Shown here piece after piece: positions 13,631-27,180 of a stretch of DNA of 64,000 bases. This DNA is from Geosiphon pyriformis uo1 (taxonomy: Eukaryota > Fungi > Glomeromycota). The stretch spans positions 124,001 through 188,000 of the forward strand of contig JAAOMT010000741.1 in NCBI GenBank assembly GCA_016748015.1. Reading direction: 5' to 3'. The number at the start of each line of letters is the position of its first letter. The first letter of the stretch is position 1. A model generated the notes under the pieces. The model had not been told where the DNA came from and searched no databases. It worked only from the letters and a program-made list of their open reading frames with translations. A program made the translations under genes and the position numbers.

Positions 13631-14614
13631 TGTTACCAGACGAAATTAGAGATATTATTTAGCATGAAATTATCTTATAATTCCTATCATTAATTAGCAT
13701 ATATTATCATTTCAAATGATCACTTATTACATTAGCAAAAATGTCTGAAATTATCATTTAATTAATAACCCAAATTGTACACAACACAAATGTAACCTAA
13801 TTGCGATGATCAATCATGCAATACCCCAAACTATGTAACATTCAAAAAGTTCGCCGAAATTTGTAGAAATTTGCTGAAATAATTGATAGTTCACTGAAAT
13901 ATTTAATAGTTTGCCAAAATAATTTATAATTTGCCAAAATGTATCTTTAGTTCAACAAAATTTTAGAAAATAGTAAAGTTCAAGTTCATAGAATAGTGTT
14001 ATGACAAGTTGTATAAAAGAAGAGCTTCTCTCTTCGAGAAAATGTATCTTACTTTAGATTTATCTTTTAAAAAACCATTTCTATACACACAAAAAGAAAT
14101 AAATATTAAATAATTCGAAAAACCAAATTTTTTAAATTATTGTACTTGGAAAATTCCCAAAACCCAACTAACATTTCGAAATTGATTAGCTACCAATTTC
14201 AGTAAACTGTTAGTGACTCCAGGCCTGAATAGAAAACGTTTCTCTTGATAAGATCCTATTTCTTTTACACTTCTTTTATTTTTCTTTTCTTTTCTTATTA
14301 CAATCATTAAGGTAGCCTACAGACGAGATTCCTGTAGAAGAGTTGACTTTCACAGCAAAGTAACTACACATTTTTAGTGAGCTTCCAGACGAGCAATTCC
14401 TGAGAAAGAGTTGACGTTTACTACAATGTAACTACATAAAGCAACTGGCATGGAATTGGCCATTCCACTCATAAGCCCAGCAAGTTCAAATTATAGAAGA
14501 TAATTTGAAGATAAATTCAGCTACTGGAGGTTCAACCACATCCAGAAAATGTGAATTCACAGCAAATAAGTATCAACAACATTACAGAAAAGAGACCAAA
14601 AACCTTCAGTAACA
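13631..14614 (+). repeat. 3' LTR of element B
   Basis: TG...CA termini, preceded by a PPT and followed by the TSD. Confidence 0.95.
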
Positions 14615-17600
14615 TCGTCTAGGCAGGATATAGCTTGGTGTCATATTGCTGTGATGGGTGTACCATGATTCACCCAGTTGCTGATGAGGATCATGTATTG
14701 GCACGAAGTGTCACATGTTCCTCTTCGACCAGAAATGTTGTTCCATATTTCTTTGTTGAGTAATTGTTTGCTGCAAGTGAGACATGGTTTGTTGTCCCAC
14801 TTGTCTTGTCTTTTTGGATAGCCATATTATTCCCTATGATAGGGCTTACAATAGTAATGGGTTCATGTTTAGTAGTCTTTGTTTGACACTACCCAAGCTC
14901 CCATTGAGGACAGTTTTTTCACACAGTCCTTGCATTTGAGAGGTATATATGATGGCTTTTTTATTGGTTCACATGAGTATTCCCTTTCCCAGCCACTAGT
15001 TATTTTTTTTGCAGTGGTGGTTTTTTCAAATATGTTTTCTTCCTTTCCTTTCCCTTTTTTCTTGTTTTTTTCTTCTCAATCTAGAATTGGTGACATCTTA
15101 CTTTGGTTGTTGTCAGTTCAAGCATTAATGGTGGCTTCCCAGATAAGTTCTTCTCTTTGTTTCTCCTTTTCATTGTTGTTGTTGTTCCAGGCGAGTATTG
15201 GCAGCAGTTCATTGTGGTCAATGTCAACCCACAAGACTTGGTATGCTTCCCAGATGGGTTTCATTTTTTCTTTCTCAAATTTGATAAGTGGTGTTGATGG
15301 CATGGTAATAGGCTTGAAGTGGTCACATGTGGCTGATACCTATGTGTGTCGACTGTTCTGGCTAAGCTGGAGCTCTTGGATGTTCTAATCTAGGGTCACG
15401 TTGGTTTTGGACAGCCAGTTGTTTCCAATAAGTACTTAGTATTGAGTGGCTTCTATGACAAGTACTTTGATTGGTACTATGATGCCATTGACTTTTATGG
15501 GAAAATCATCAATCTCTCCAATAAGTGTTTTGGTTGCTCTATCAGCTGTAATAATTCTGATGCTGGCAGCGCAATTAACTCAGTGATCTAATTGATCCAT
15601 GAATTGTCTTGTGATAATGCTGCCAGCTGATCCACTATCTAGGATCAGTTTGATGAAGTGACCATCAACTTTTGCATCAGTGTACATCACGGTGATGGGT
15701 TTTTTCTCGAGTGCTGCTCCACTAAACAAAGATGAGTTGATGATTTTTTCCAATTCAAAAGGAAAGATGACTATGAGAGATTTGTTTTCAGTGATCATTG
15801 CTGGTGGAATATTGTTGGTGAGTGTTGTTTGGGGTGAGTTGGATTCCGAGTTATTGGTGGTGACATCTTTTGGAATAACCAGAAGACTTAAATAGTTCTG
15901 GGAATTTGGGTTTTAGGTAGAACCAATACCTGAATTCCACTGTTGAGAGCCTGATAGTTGGTGAGAGAAGCTGGGGATCAGTTGATGAACAACTATTGCT
16001 GATCTCCAGTTTTGAGTAATTCTAAGTCTTGGATTTTCTGATGTTATTTGAGTGGGGTTTTGGAGTGGTATTTGAATTGGTTGTTGGGGCTGATAAATTA
16101 TTTGGGGCTGTGGCTGATAAATTACCGGTGGCTGTGGTTGATAAATTGGAAGTTGATATACTGGTGGTTGATAGATTGGTTGCTGTGTCATTGGCCGATA
16201 AGTGGTTTGATATTGGTCTTGATTTGGGTAGTGATTCTGAGTATGAAATCTGTGATCAGGGTTTTAATATTGATTTTCCGATCATGGATTGTTGTTATAA
16301 AATTGACAGTTGGCTCTAATGTGACCTTGTTTACCACAGTTGTGGCAAACATGCATTTTTGGCTGCCATGGCTGATTGGGTAATGATGATAACAATAATG
16401 TTGATGGACATGGCTGATTTTGGAAATGATTCATGTTTTCTGAATTATTGCATTGTTGTGGTGGTTAATAAATTGCACAATTGTCAGCTAAGTATCCCTC
16501 TAGTTTTTGATTAATTGTATTACTGAATTGTTTTAGTTTGGAATCCAAGTCAGATAATCCATTTATCACTAAATTTACAGCTTGAACATGGTTAGCTTTT
16601 AGCTTAGCTGCTTCAAAATCTCTGATGTAAGTAATGATGATTGGGAGGTCAACTAGATGTATTGGATATATTCGCTGAAGGATGTTACTGCGCAATCCTC
16701 TGATAAACTGGTTTAAAATCTGTGGTACTGTAAAGTAATTAGCTTGGATTGTCTGAATTTGATGCAGATTTCTATGGAAGTGTCCCAAGTAAGTGGTGAC
16801 TGCTTCTGTGTCCCCTTGTTTGATGATGGTAAATGTGTTGGTCAAGTGATTGATACTATTGTTATTACTAAAGTATCTCAAGAATTCTGTTTTGAACTCA
16901 TTGAAGATTTGTGGTTTGGCGGCTAGGCTCTGATACCATAAGTCGGTGGTATTTTTGAGAAAATAGGGAATCATTTAAAGAGCTCTACCATTGTTCTATC
17001 CATTGGCCACTATGGTTTTTTCAATGTTGTTGAGCTATATTTGGGCGTTGTCCTCTTCACTGGTAAAATTGTCAAGTTTTGCGATTGGTGCATAGGCTAT
17101 TGGATCTAAGTTGGATTGTTGTGGTGATAGTTGAAGTGGTTGTTGTTGCATGGGTTGTTGGAATGATAGTTGAAGTAGTGGTTGTAGGGATTCAGTTATT
17201 GGATTAATCAGTGGTTGATCGATGATGATTACTAGAGGTAAGTTTTATTAATTTATTAAATCAGAGTTTCGATTATCCTGAATTGGTGGTGTCTGAATAT
17301 TCAGAGTTTCAATTTCTGGATTTTCTGAGATTAGATTTTGCTGAGTTTAAAGATTCAGAATTTCAAATTCCAGGTTTTTAGTAATCAGGTTCTGGTAAGT
17401 GAATTCTTGATCTTCAGCTTCTTCTTCTTTCTCTTCTTTTGATTCTATTACTTCCCATGGATCAGAAATTCCGAAATCTGGAGAAGGTGGTGACAATCAG
17501 AGTCCTGATGGTGTTGATAATCACAAGTTAAATCCTTCAAAATACATACTGTATGGTTCTAATAATTCTGCTTTCCTTTGTTTACTTTGAAATGAGAATC

Positions 17601-18093
17601 ATCCAAATGCTGATGTCATGTTTGATGTGGTTGTGCCAGTAGATGTAATATTAATGGCACTTCCAGGTGTATAATAGTATGATGAATTAGTTGGGAATTC
17701 AACTCTTGTTTTTTTCTAAGTAAATGGTTGTATTTTTTTGGGTATTACTGCTGGTGTTTGCAGTTTTCCTTTGCCTTTACTCGCATAAGTAATAGAGTAT
17801 CTTTGCTGTGTGTGATGTTCAATTTTTTTGTTGATTTCCGTAATGATGGAGGTAAAATTGTGATTTGTTGGCAGGTTGGTATTTTGAATTAATTCACTGT
17901 AAAAGGCTTCTTTTGCCGATTTAATATTTACTGGTGTTCCTAACAGATAGATAATTCTTTTGTTAACATAGAAATTGAAAGCTGATTCCACTGATATATG
18001 GTTGTAATTTAATCCCAAATGTTGACAATAGTGTTGAAATAAAGATTTCATGAATCCTAGATGGTTTGCTCTTATGTTTTCTGATTCTGCCAC
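14615..18093 (-). pseudogene. Element A gag-protease and first half of the Cys-rich domain
   Basis: ORFs 17716-18093, 16465-16974 (retrotransposon gag: WYQSL..FNEFKTEFLRYF..KQGDTE), 15580-15798 (DSGSAGS). Confidence 0.88.
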
Positions 18094-18133
18094 TTTTAGA
18101 TTTGTGTTGGTGCTGGTTCTCTGTAGAATTATA

Positions 18134-18152
18134 CCTCATAGGGAGCACCAAA
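18134..18152 (-). promoter_or_regulatory. Primer-binding site of element A
   Basis: Minus strand TTTGGTGCTCCCTATGAGG directly after the LTR end; first 10 nt match the element B PBS. Confidence 0.78.
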
Positions 18153-19022
18153 TATTACAGGTGACTATTTTTAGTGTTGGATTAGATAACAAATCTGTAA
18201 CTTAGTGCTCAAATCTAGTTGTAGTTGATAGTGATCTGAAGATTTGTGTCTGAAAAGTTTGTATCCGAAGGATTTGGTTAAGTTCTTTGTATAATGGACA
18301 GAGATTCAATGGTAATAGTTTTATTTGTAGCTTCCCAAAACTGCAGTTTTGTCAATTTTTTTCTCAGCTTGATGGCTGGTATTCTTCCTGGTAAGCTATC
18401 CTCAATCGAGTGTTCTACTCTTATTTTTGGGTCTTTTACCAGTCACATTTATCCTGATGTCAGTACCCTGCATGTTAATCCTCAATAGAATTAGTAAACA
18501 ACAATAAAATCAAAGCAAGAAATAAAGAAAAGAAAAGAAAATAAAGAAAGAAAAGAAATAAGCCAAGGCAATTTGCAAGTTAGTATTCCATCAATAGCCA
18601 TGATCAAGAGCTATTGTTCCAGTGTGGTTAAGTATCAATTATTATCAACATGAAGTGTTGATAGTGGCAGTGGGTTTGAGATAACAAACAGTTATTTATT
18701 TGTGGTTTGAAAAGTTGTCTAGATAAAATCTAAACTAAGAGGTCTGTCTTTTTAGCTTTTAATCTTACTGCTATATATACATAATTAAGATTCCTCAATT
18801 CCTCAATTCTTCACAACAGGAATCCTGAGATTCTTGGAATCCTGCAATTCCTTGAGAGGAATTCTGGAATTCTGGAATCCTGCAATTCCTTGTAAGAATC
18901 CTGTAATTCCTGGAATTCTGCAATTCCTGAGAGGAATCCTGGAATTCCACATTTTACTACATCTACTTCTGATTGGCTAATAACTATGCTAATATATATT
19001 CCCTATATTTCTATGAGTAATA
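18153..19022 (-). repeat. 5' LTR of element A
   Basis: Homologous to 1-618 and to the solo LTR; termini mutated TG..CA to TA..TA; adjacent PBS. Confidence 0.88.
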
Positions 19023-22000
19023 TTATAAACAACTCTTTAGCTCAACATGTTTCCAAGATAGAGGAAGTTCCTGGTCATATTGTTTTAATGCATCTTTTTT
19101 TTAAGGACAGAGTTTCAGTTTCAATCATTGACTTGTATGCTTGTGTCTCTTCAGGTAACCAATTTGAGCAGGCATCCAATGTTAATTTTTTTATAGCCCA
19201 GGTAGTTAATTCCAGCAGCTTTGTTGTTTTGGGCAGTAATTTTAATGAATACAGTTCTAAAAAAAGTGCAAATTATGAATTTTGTTTGAATCTGAGATTA
19301 GTTAATTCTTTTGGTGGACATTCTCTGGCTGGAACCTCTACTTGGAGCAACTCAAAGAGTGTTGAAAAAGTTATTGACCATATCTTGGTTAGTGAATCCC
19401 TAATTTTGGCTGTGGCCAGTCATAGGATTGGCTCTGTGTTTGAATTTTTTGACACTGATCACAAAGCTGTCTCAGTTTCAGTGAGTTTGAATGGGCTTTT
19501 GGACGTTTGATTAGGGGTTTTACGCAAATAGGCGAATAAGAATCATTGGAAATTCAAGCTGAAGGGCATGGATGTTAATGGGTGGAAATGCTTTATGAAG
19601 TGTTCTGCAGGCAAATTTTTGAAGAAATCAGTTGATTTTCATGTTGCGGAACACATCAGTAATTTAGACAAAATGTGGAATATTCTTAAAAGAGTAGTGG
19701 TTAATTCTGCTGATGAAATTTTCTCCAGGCTCTAGTTTAGTGAGTTTGAAGGTGTAAGAAACAAGTTGTCATCTAAGTTTCATAGATTGGAATTGCTGAT
19801 GTCCAAAATTGCCAGTAGTTTAAATTTGGATCTGGTTTCAAAGACTGACTACTTGATTGATACATGGTCAAGCATAAATAGCATTGAAGCATCCAAAATT
19901 TGTGTTATGATCAATATAGATAACAAGATTGAGGATATTTTACATCATATTTTGGTTATTAAAAGGGGTTACCACAAGTCCAAGTATCATGAATTCAAAG
20001 TTGTCAGAGATGACTCCATCAAGAAAGCTATATCAAGACACATGGAAAACTTTTGCACAAATAAAGAGCAGATAATAAATAGCATTCTAGATTGACTATT
20101 CAGGAAAGTAGTTCTCAATCATTTGATTGTGGACAATGAGCTCATCTTAGAGCTTCAGATGATCAAATTTTCGATTAATACTATAATAGAAGGTTGAACA
20201 AGGAAATGCTTAGTTGCTGGTGATCTGTCAGATTGGTGGAATATTCAGTATGCTCCCTTAAGTCACGTTGATGATAATACATTTTCTGGGATTATGAGTG
20301 ATGTCAGCATGGAAAAACTTCTACAGATTGTTAGGAACTTACCAGATGGCAAAACTGCTGGGCTCTTTAGCATTCTTAATGAACTTTGAAAGCATAGTAA
20401 TTCTTTGGTCTTCAATGGTCTTTTGAGCATTTTTAATAAGTGTTTGATATCTGAAGGGGTTCTTGAGCAATGGAGGAGGTCCTGGGTTTTCATAATTCCT
20501 AAACCTTATGATTGAGAAGGCACTCTTACTAATACTAGGCCAATTGCACTAATTGAAACTGCCCAGAAGATTTTGTTTAAAATTCTTTCAGACAAGATCT
20601 CTTTGGCTTGTAGTAGGTTTGATGTTTTGCATGGTGACAATTTTTTGGTGTTAAAAGACACTTATACACAATTTTCTATTTTTGCTGTTGGCTCAATTGT
20701 GAAAGATGCTCTGGAGAAAAACAGAGAGTTGTGACTGGTTCTTCAGGATATGCACAAGACCTATGACTCTGTTAATTGGTCTCATTTGCTTAATAGTTTG
20801 GTCAGGATCAAAATGTGTCTCTGTTTTATAAACTTTTTCAGTAACATACACAATGGTAGATTCAATCAGGTTATGACAGATTTTGGTCTGTCTGATAGTT
20901 ATATTGTGCATAATTGGTCTGGACTAAGGTGAGGTGTTTTTGCCACTGCTGTAGCATATTTTCTATGATTCATTATTATGCGAAGTCAAGAAACATGAAC
21001 AATTGTATGACTATCAAATGTGTTCAAAATTCTATGCCAAATCTGGTAAACCTGACCAAAGTAATAACAGGACATCATTTTTTGCTGCGGAAGCCTTTAT
21101 TAATGACACAATCTGAGTTGGTAATTATTTGGCAGCAACACAAAATATCTTGAACATAGTAAGTAAATTTTTTTCTATTAATGACATTTCAATAAACTCT
21201 GAGAAAACTGTTGCTATCCTTATCAACCAAGGCATTAAGGAAGCTAAGCTATTTATTAGTGGGTCAAGCATTTCAGTGGCCAAGAAGAGCGAGTTTCATC
21301 ACTATCTGGGAATTTTCCTATCAACTGAGGACCTTTCCAAGCCGAGTTTAGCCAAAGTTCACAATGATGTCAAGTTTTTTTCGAATGTGGTTTTGAGAAA
21401 AGCCATAATTGAGAAGCAATTTTTATATTTGGTTTCTGCTGTTCTACAGTCTATCATTTGTTATAGGCTTTAATTTAGCTTTGCTTTTAAGGGTGTTTAT
21501 GAAAAATGAGACAAATTGTTAAAGAAGGGGCTCAAGTTCAAAGCAAATTTGCCTAGAGACTTTCCTAGTGTGGCACTATATCATTCTGAGTTGTATGGCC
21601 TAAAGTCTTTTAAGCAAGTGCTCTCTAAAAGTTTGTTGGCCAACCTGATCAATTTTAGTAATACTAGTGGAACTCTCAGCAAATTTTTCAACCACAGAGT
21701 GATGGACTTACAGACTGTTAGCTGGATGTCCTGGCACTCTCTTTGTTTTCTGGTCACATTACCTATCAATCCTTTAAACTGTTTTTTGGCTAGCACTACT
21801 TGGATACTCATTTCATGCAAAACCTCATTAGAAAGTGCATTTTCTAATGTTTTTTGGGCTGGAACTGGTGTGCCAATTTTGAATGTGCTGGGCCTGGATG
21901 GTTATTTGGGTGTTAGAAAATTTCTCATGAAATATGGCCTCATTTTCGCCAACCAACTTTTGGATCATTATGGCATATGCTTCACTTAAAACACCTTTTG

Positions 22001-23620
22001 CAGATGAAAAAAACTTGACCTGAGAGGTCTGATTCCTACCTGGTTTGTTTCTGTTACTAATTTCGTCAATAATGGTGGTTTGGATGTCATAGTGAATGTG
22101 GTGTCTCATTCTGTTTCCACCAATTTTTTTCATAATGTTGGTTTTACTTCTGAGTATTTGTTGGTCCTTAAGCATGAATCTATTGAAGTTTACACTGATG
22201 GGTCTATCAATAGTTTGGGGTCAATTGGTGTCTATGGTGGCACTGCTGCTTATTTTCCAAGAGCCAATATTAGCATTGGTGTAAAAGTTCTTGGCTCATT
22301 GTCCTCAACACTGGTAGAACTACAAGCTATTACTTTGGCACTGGATTGTGTACCTATTTCTAGCACAGTTGAATTGTTCACAGATAGTCAGGCATTGCTA
22401 GACATTTGTAAATTTGACATAGACATGTCTGTTCTTGATTTTTGCTGCGAATGTTGAATTGAGAAGGAGCATATTTGTCAAGTTATTTCAAAAAAAAATC
22501 TGTTAGTCACATGGAGAAAGATCAAAGGACATTCAGACATTATCGAAAATGAACAGGTGGATTTTCTTGCTAACATCACAGTTTTCTCTAAATCTATGCT
22601 GTCCTTGGATGTGCCATATCACTTTCTCAGGGTCAAAGACAGGCCTGTTTCTGAGAATGCATGTTATTTTATCAAAAACTTGTTCAATGCTGTTAATTTT
22701 GTCAAGTAAGACTCCAAGTGTGGCACTAGTATTATTGAGACTGGTGATGCTGGCAAAATCGATGCACACAAGTCATTCAGTGTTTGGCACCCTAATGGTA
22801 GGATCCAATCTGGTTATACCAGTTTGTTTTCAGCTTCTTTGCAGTCCTATCTTATGAAATCTCTACATCGTTGCCTGCTGGTCACTGTAAGAAAGAGGTT
22901 GTATGATCCCAGGTATCTTAGCGTAATGTGTATTAGGTGTAGTATGGTCGAGGACTCTGATCACTTATTTCTATGCTCACATGATAACAATGCCAAGAGG
23001 ATTATATTGTTTTCTATTAGAGAAAGGTGGTACAAAGTGGCTGGTGATTCCGCTATAGGTGATAGGGTGGTATATTCTCTGTATAAAGCTGAGTTATTCT
23101 ATAGTTTGTACATGTTATTGGCCAAGGGATTTGTGTTGAAAAGCTGGACAGCTGATGCTATCCGGTGTCTTGGCTTGGCTTCAGGTGGCCATGTGATCAT
23201 CAATTTGGTTTATAGTCTTGTGGAGTGTCATAGATTAGACATTTGGTTGCCTGCAGCCAAATTAAGAGCCTTCTATGAAAAGCACAATCTGTTACTATGT
23301 AATAGATTTATAGTGCCATTGGTTATTGGTTTGTTGGACTTCTAAGCTGTTGATGTTATCTGTGGCCTTGGTATTAGGTTGGGTATTTACATGAGCTTTG
23401 GTTTGTGTCCTCATATTGCTGGTTTGGGTTTTGGTTTCTTGTGTAATATTTCTTTAATAGATCCTGTGAGTGCGTAGTGCTGTCTTGACTAGGCTAAGTA
23501 TCTGGTTACGTGTAGAAAAGACATGAGCTATACTTAATTTAAAATCTAGTTTGATTTTATGTATTTAGGTAGTAGTTAGACTGCACTTGTAAAACTCTAA
23601 TAAAAAATAAAAAAAATAAT
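19023..23620 (+). mobile_element. Non-LTR retrotransposon (LINE) ORF2: APE-RT-RNase H-zinc finger, degenerate, interrupted within APE by element A
   Basis: APE (GSNFN, IDHI, TDH), RT (TRPIALIET, QDMHKTYDSV), RNase H (YTDGS, ELQAI, FTDSQ), CxxC..H (CIRC..EDSDHLF), 3' UTR and AATAAA/A-rich tail. Confidence 0.9.
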
Positions 23621-25460
23621 GTAAAACGATATTAATAATTAAATATATTTTATTAAATATAATATTTTTTTAAAATACCAGTTTTAATAATAATAATATT
23701 TAAATTTTTTTGAAAATTATTAGTAATAATTACATATTAATATTATTAAAAAAATCAGAAAAATAAAAAATAAAACAAATATAATTATATACTTAAAAAA
23801 CCAATTTATTAATTATAAAAACAGTATAACCAAAAAAAAATTAGCCAATTTGGCTTTAAAACTATTATAAAAAACAATAATTTTTAATTAATTAATTAAA
23901 AAAAATTTAATATTATTTTTTTATTAACACAAATTAATAAACAAAAATAGTATTAACAACAAAAATTTTTTTAAAATAAATAATAATATATTGTTATAAA
24001 CTAACAGATTTTAATGTTATTAAGAGTAATACCAAAAAAAAATTACAAAAAACAATAACAAAAAAAAATAATAAATTAATAATTATTACAAAAAATTTTT
24101 CAATTTTAAAAATAAAAAAATTTAGCAAACTTAATTTATACAATAATATTTAACGAAACTTAAAATACAAATTTTATATAAAAAAACTTAAAATTGTATT
24201 TAATAATTAAATTTAACTCAAAAAATTTATGTAAAAATTAAAATACAGTTTTAATAATTTTATTAAATAATAAGATAAAGTTTATTTACTTAAAAAATTT
24301 TTAATAATTAATAATTATTTCTTAAATATTATTAAAAACAATATTATTAGAAAAAAAAGTAAATTTAAATTTTATTTATAATTATAATAAAACTAAATAT
24401 TATATTAATACAAAAAAAAAACCGATAAAAAAGCCAAAAAAAATCAAAGTTTTATTTTTTTATAAAAAAAAATTGGCTTTAATAATATTAAATTATTATT
24501 AAAAATACTAAAAAAATAAAGTTTTTTAATATTATAAAAGAATTAATACTCAATTTAAAAAAGAAAAAAAAAGTTGTTTTAGTTTTTTTTGCTATTTAAA
24601 TAATAATAAAAAAGTAACAAAAAATAATGGCTTAACTATAATTAAAAATTTTAAAACTTTTTAATAAAAATATTAATTGTTTTAAAAAATAAAAAAATTG
24701 CAATTTTTTTAATTTTTGTTTTGATTATAGTAATAAAATACAAAAAAAAAGTATTTTTTTATAGATTTTTTATTAATTATTACAAATTAACAAAATAAAT
24801 TTTATAAAAAATTATTATTATTTTATTAAAAACTTATCTTAATATTATACAGATTTAAAATATAAAAATTATTTTAAAAATAAATAGCTTATTAAAGATT
24901 TAACAATTTTTATTAATAATAATATTAATAACAATATTAATAATATTAAAAAAATATTAAAATTTTTGGTAATATTTAGTGTTTTTTTAAAATTATAATA
25001 TATACAAAGTAATAATTATTTTTAATATAATAATTTTAAAATATTATTAATTAATTTATATTTACTATAAACAAAAATTTTGAATTTTAAACAAAATTAT
25101 AATTATAAAGAAAATATTTTTACAAATATTTAAAAATCAAATTAATAACTATATTTTTAAAACTACAATATTTCTAAAAATTTAATTCAGTTAATTTTTA
25201 TTTTTTATTTAATTTAAAATCAAAACAAAAAAATAACAACAATAAAAAACTTAATAATTTGTTTAAATAATATACAATATTCTAAGAATAATTGTCAAAC
25301 AATTATAAATATTTAAACAAAAAATTAATAATAAATTACTATTTTTATTTAAATTATTTTTAAAATTATTTGTTTGTTTATTAAAACAAAAAAAATTATA
25401 TTATTAAAAAATTTAAGTTAATAACAAAAATTAACTTATATTAATATTAATTTAATTAAT
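23621..25460. other. Extremely AT-rich relic DNA
   Basis: Almost devoid of C/G, non-tandem, no ORFs. Confidence 0.75.
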
Positions 25461-26260
25461 GGCTGCAGGTTTCACAAGCAAACTCTCTGCTGGTTTACAT
25501 ACATATTTTATAAAGGCCTTATATTATTGGCTACTTGTTGCTGTTCGAAAGTGACTTTACTTCAGATATTACTCTAGTGTATTGTGTTTATTTTGTGGTG
25601 ATATAGAGATTTCTGATCATGTTTTCTCTTGTGAAATTGATCTTTCCATCTGTTGTCAGCTGTTAAATACTTATGCGGCTTTCTGGGTGCTAATTTTTAG
25701 TCTCTCTTGTTCCTTTTCTTGTGTGTCTCAGCTTTTGTTATCTTGTGCTTTTAATGTCTCTATATTCACATCCATTTTCAAAAGTTTTGTTTTTAAAGAT
25801 TGGTTCTAAGAGGCTGTGTCTGTCTTTTATGATTCCAAACTTGCAAGTTGGAGGATTGTGAATTTTGTGCATTTTATTAGTCTTAGTTTCAAGAATTATA
25901 TCTGATCAGTCTGTACTAAACATTGAGTTTTCATGAAAAAGAATAGGTTAATTTCACCTGATGGTTTGATTCTTGTTTCGATTTCTAGATTGTTATTGGA
26001 GTTGTTTGCTAGTGTTGTTAGGTTGCTTGATATTGCTGACACTTTTGGTGTTCACTTTGGTTTTCATAGATCATATTTATTTTTTTCTAGTATTGGTAAT
26101 AATGTTTCAGTTTACATAGTTGCTTAGTGTTGTCTTGATCAGTCTGAGTAACTGGTCATGTGTAAAAAAAGCATAATTCGCATCTAATTTAGATCATTTA
26201 TTTGATGTATTGTATTAGGTAGCATTTGGATCTCACTTATAAAGTGTTAATAAAAAAAAA
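25461..26260 (+). mobile_element. 5'-truncated LINE (3' end only)
   Basis: CLFCGDIEISDHVF zinc finger and C-terminus homologous to the other LINEs; same 3' UTR; aataaaaaaaaa tail; abrupt junction with AT-rich flanks. Confidence 0.85.
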
Positions 26261-27045
26261 TTTAATTAATTATTAAAAGAATAACAAAATAATTATTTAA
26301 AAAAAAAACATTTTAAACCAATTTTAAATGAAAAAAATAATAAAAATACAAACAAAAAAAAGAAAATAAAAACAATAACAATAAAAATAAAAACAAAAAC
26401 AAAAACATAATTATTTTAAATATTGCAAAAATTTTTAAGTTTTTAAAAAAAAATATTGACTAATTTTTAAGAATAATTTAATAAAATTATAAAAACAACA
26501 AATATTAATAAATAAAATAAAGCTAAAATACTAAAATTAATATTTTGTTTTTTATAAAAAACAGTAAATAAATAGATTAGAAATTTTAATATTGTTATAA
26601 AATTATTAATTTTATAAGTTTTTTGATTCAAATTATTTGATATTATTGTAATTATAATATAAAATTTTTATTAAAATTATTTAATAAATTTTATTTCTAG
26701 TTTTTTTATATTATATATAATATATTTTTTAAAAAATTTAATTCTAAATTTTATTTACTGTTATTAAAAATTTTTTAAAACTAAATTTGTAATTGTCTAA
26801 TGTGTTTTTTAATTTAAAAACACAAAATATTAATAATATTTTTGAATATTTTTTAAAATATATAGCTGTAAATTTTTTATTGAATAATAATAATATAAAT
26901 AATTTTAATTAAAAATTATTTTTCTAAAAAATTCAATTAATAAATAATAGTTTTATTTAATAATAGATATAAGTAAGTTTTATTAATAAAAATTTATATT
27001 TTATAAATAATATTTATTATTATATATTAAATATTAAATATTAAA
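26261..27045. other. Extremely AT-rich relic DNA
   Basis: Composition. Confidence 0.7.
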
Positions 27046-27180
27046 TTTTTTATTTATTTATTAAGTAATAAGTACAGTCCAACTATTATCTAAGTATATA
27101 AGATCAGACAAGATCCTAAATTAAGTGTGGCTCATGCTTTTTCTACATGTGATCAACCACTTAAGCCAATCAAAACAACA

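Larger units (their letters stand above)
5083..14614 (+). mobile_element. Ty3/Gypsy LTR retrotransposon B, full length, nested in element A, 4-bp TSD TCGT
   Basis: 984-bp LTRs 5083-6066 and 13631-14614 (TGTTACC...GTAAYA); TCGT at 5079-5082 and 14615-14618; PBS TTTGGTGCTC; PPT GAGGAGGAGG before the 3' LTR. Confidence 0.96.
1..19022 (-). mobile_element. Ty3/Gypsy LTR retrotransposon A (degenerate; interrupted by element B; 3' LTR runs off the window's left edge; itself inserted in a LINE)
   Basis: Related LTRs at 1-618 and 18153-19022 (minus-strand start TGTTACTCATAGAA / TATTACTCATAGAA), PBS, and minus-strand gag, PR (LILDSGSAGS), dUTPase, RT (RFCVDYRKLN), RH and IN fragments in Gypsy order. 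Confidence 0.93.

Noticed and set aside
14879-16383. Hydrophobic plus-strand ORFs resembling membrane or env proteins
   Set aside because: Antisense shadows of the A-rich gag-pol of element A
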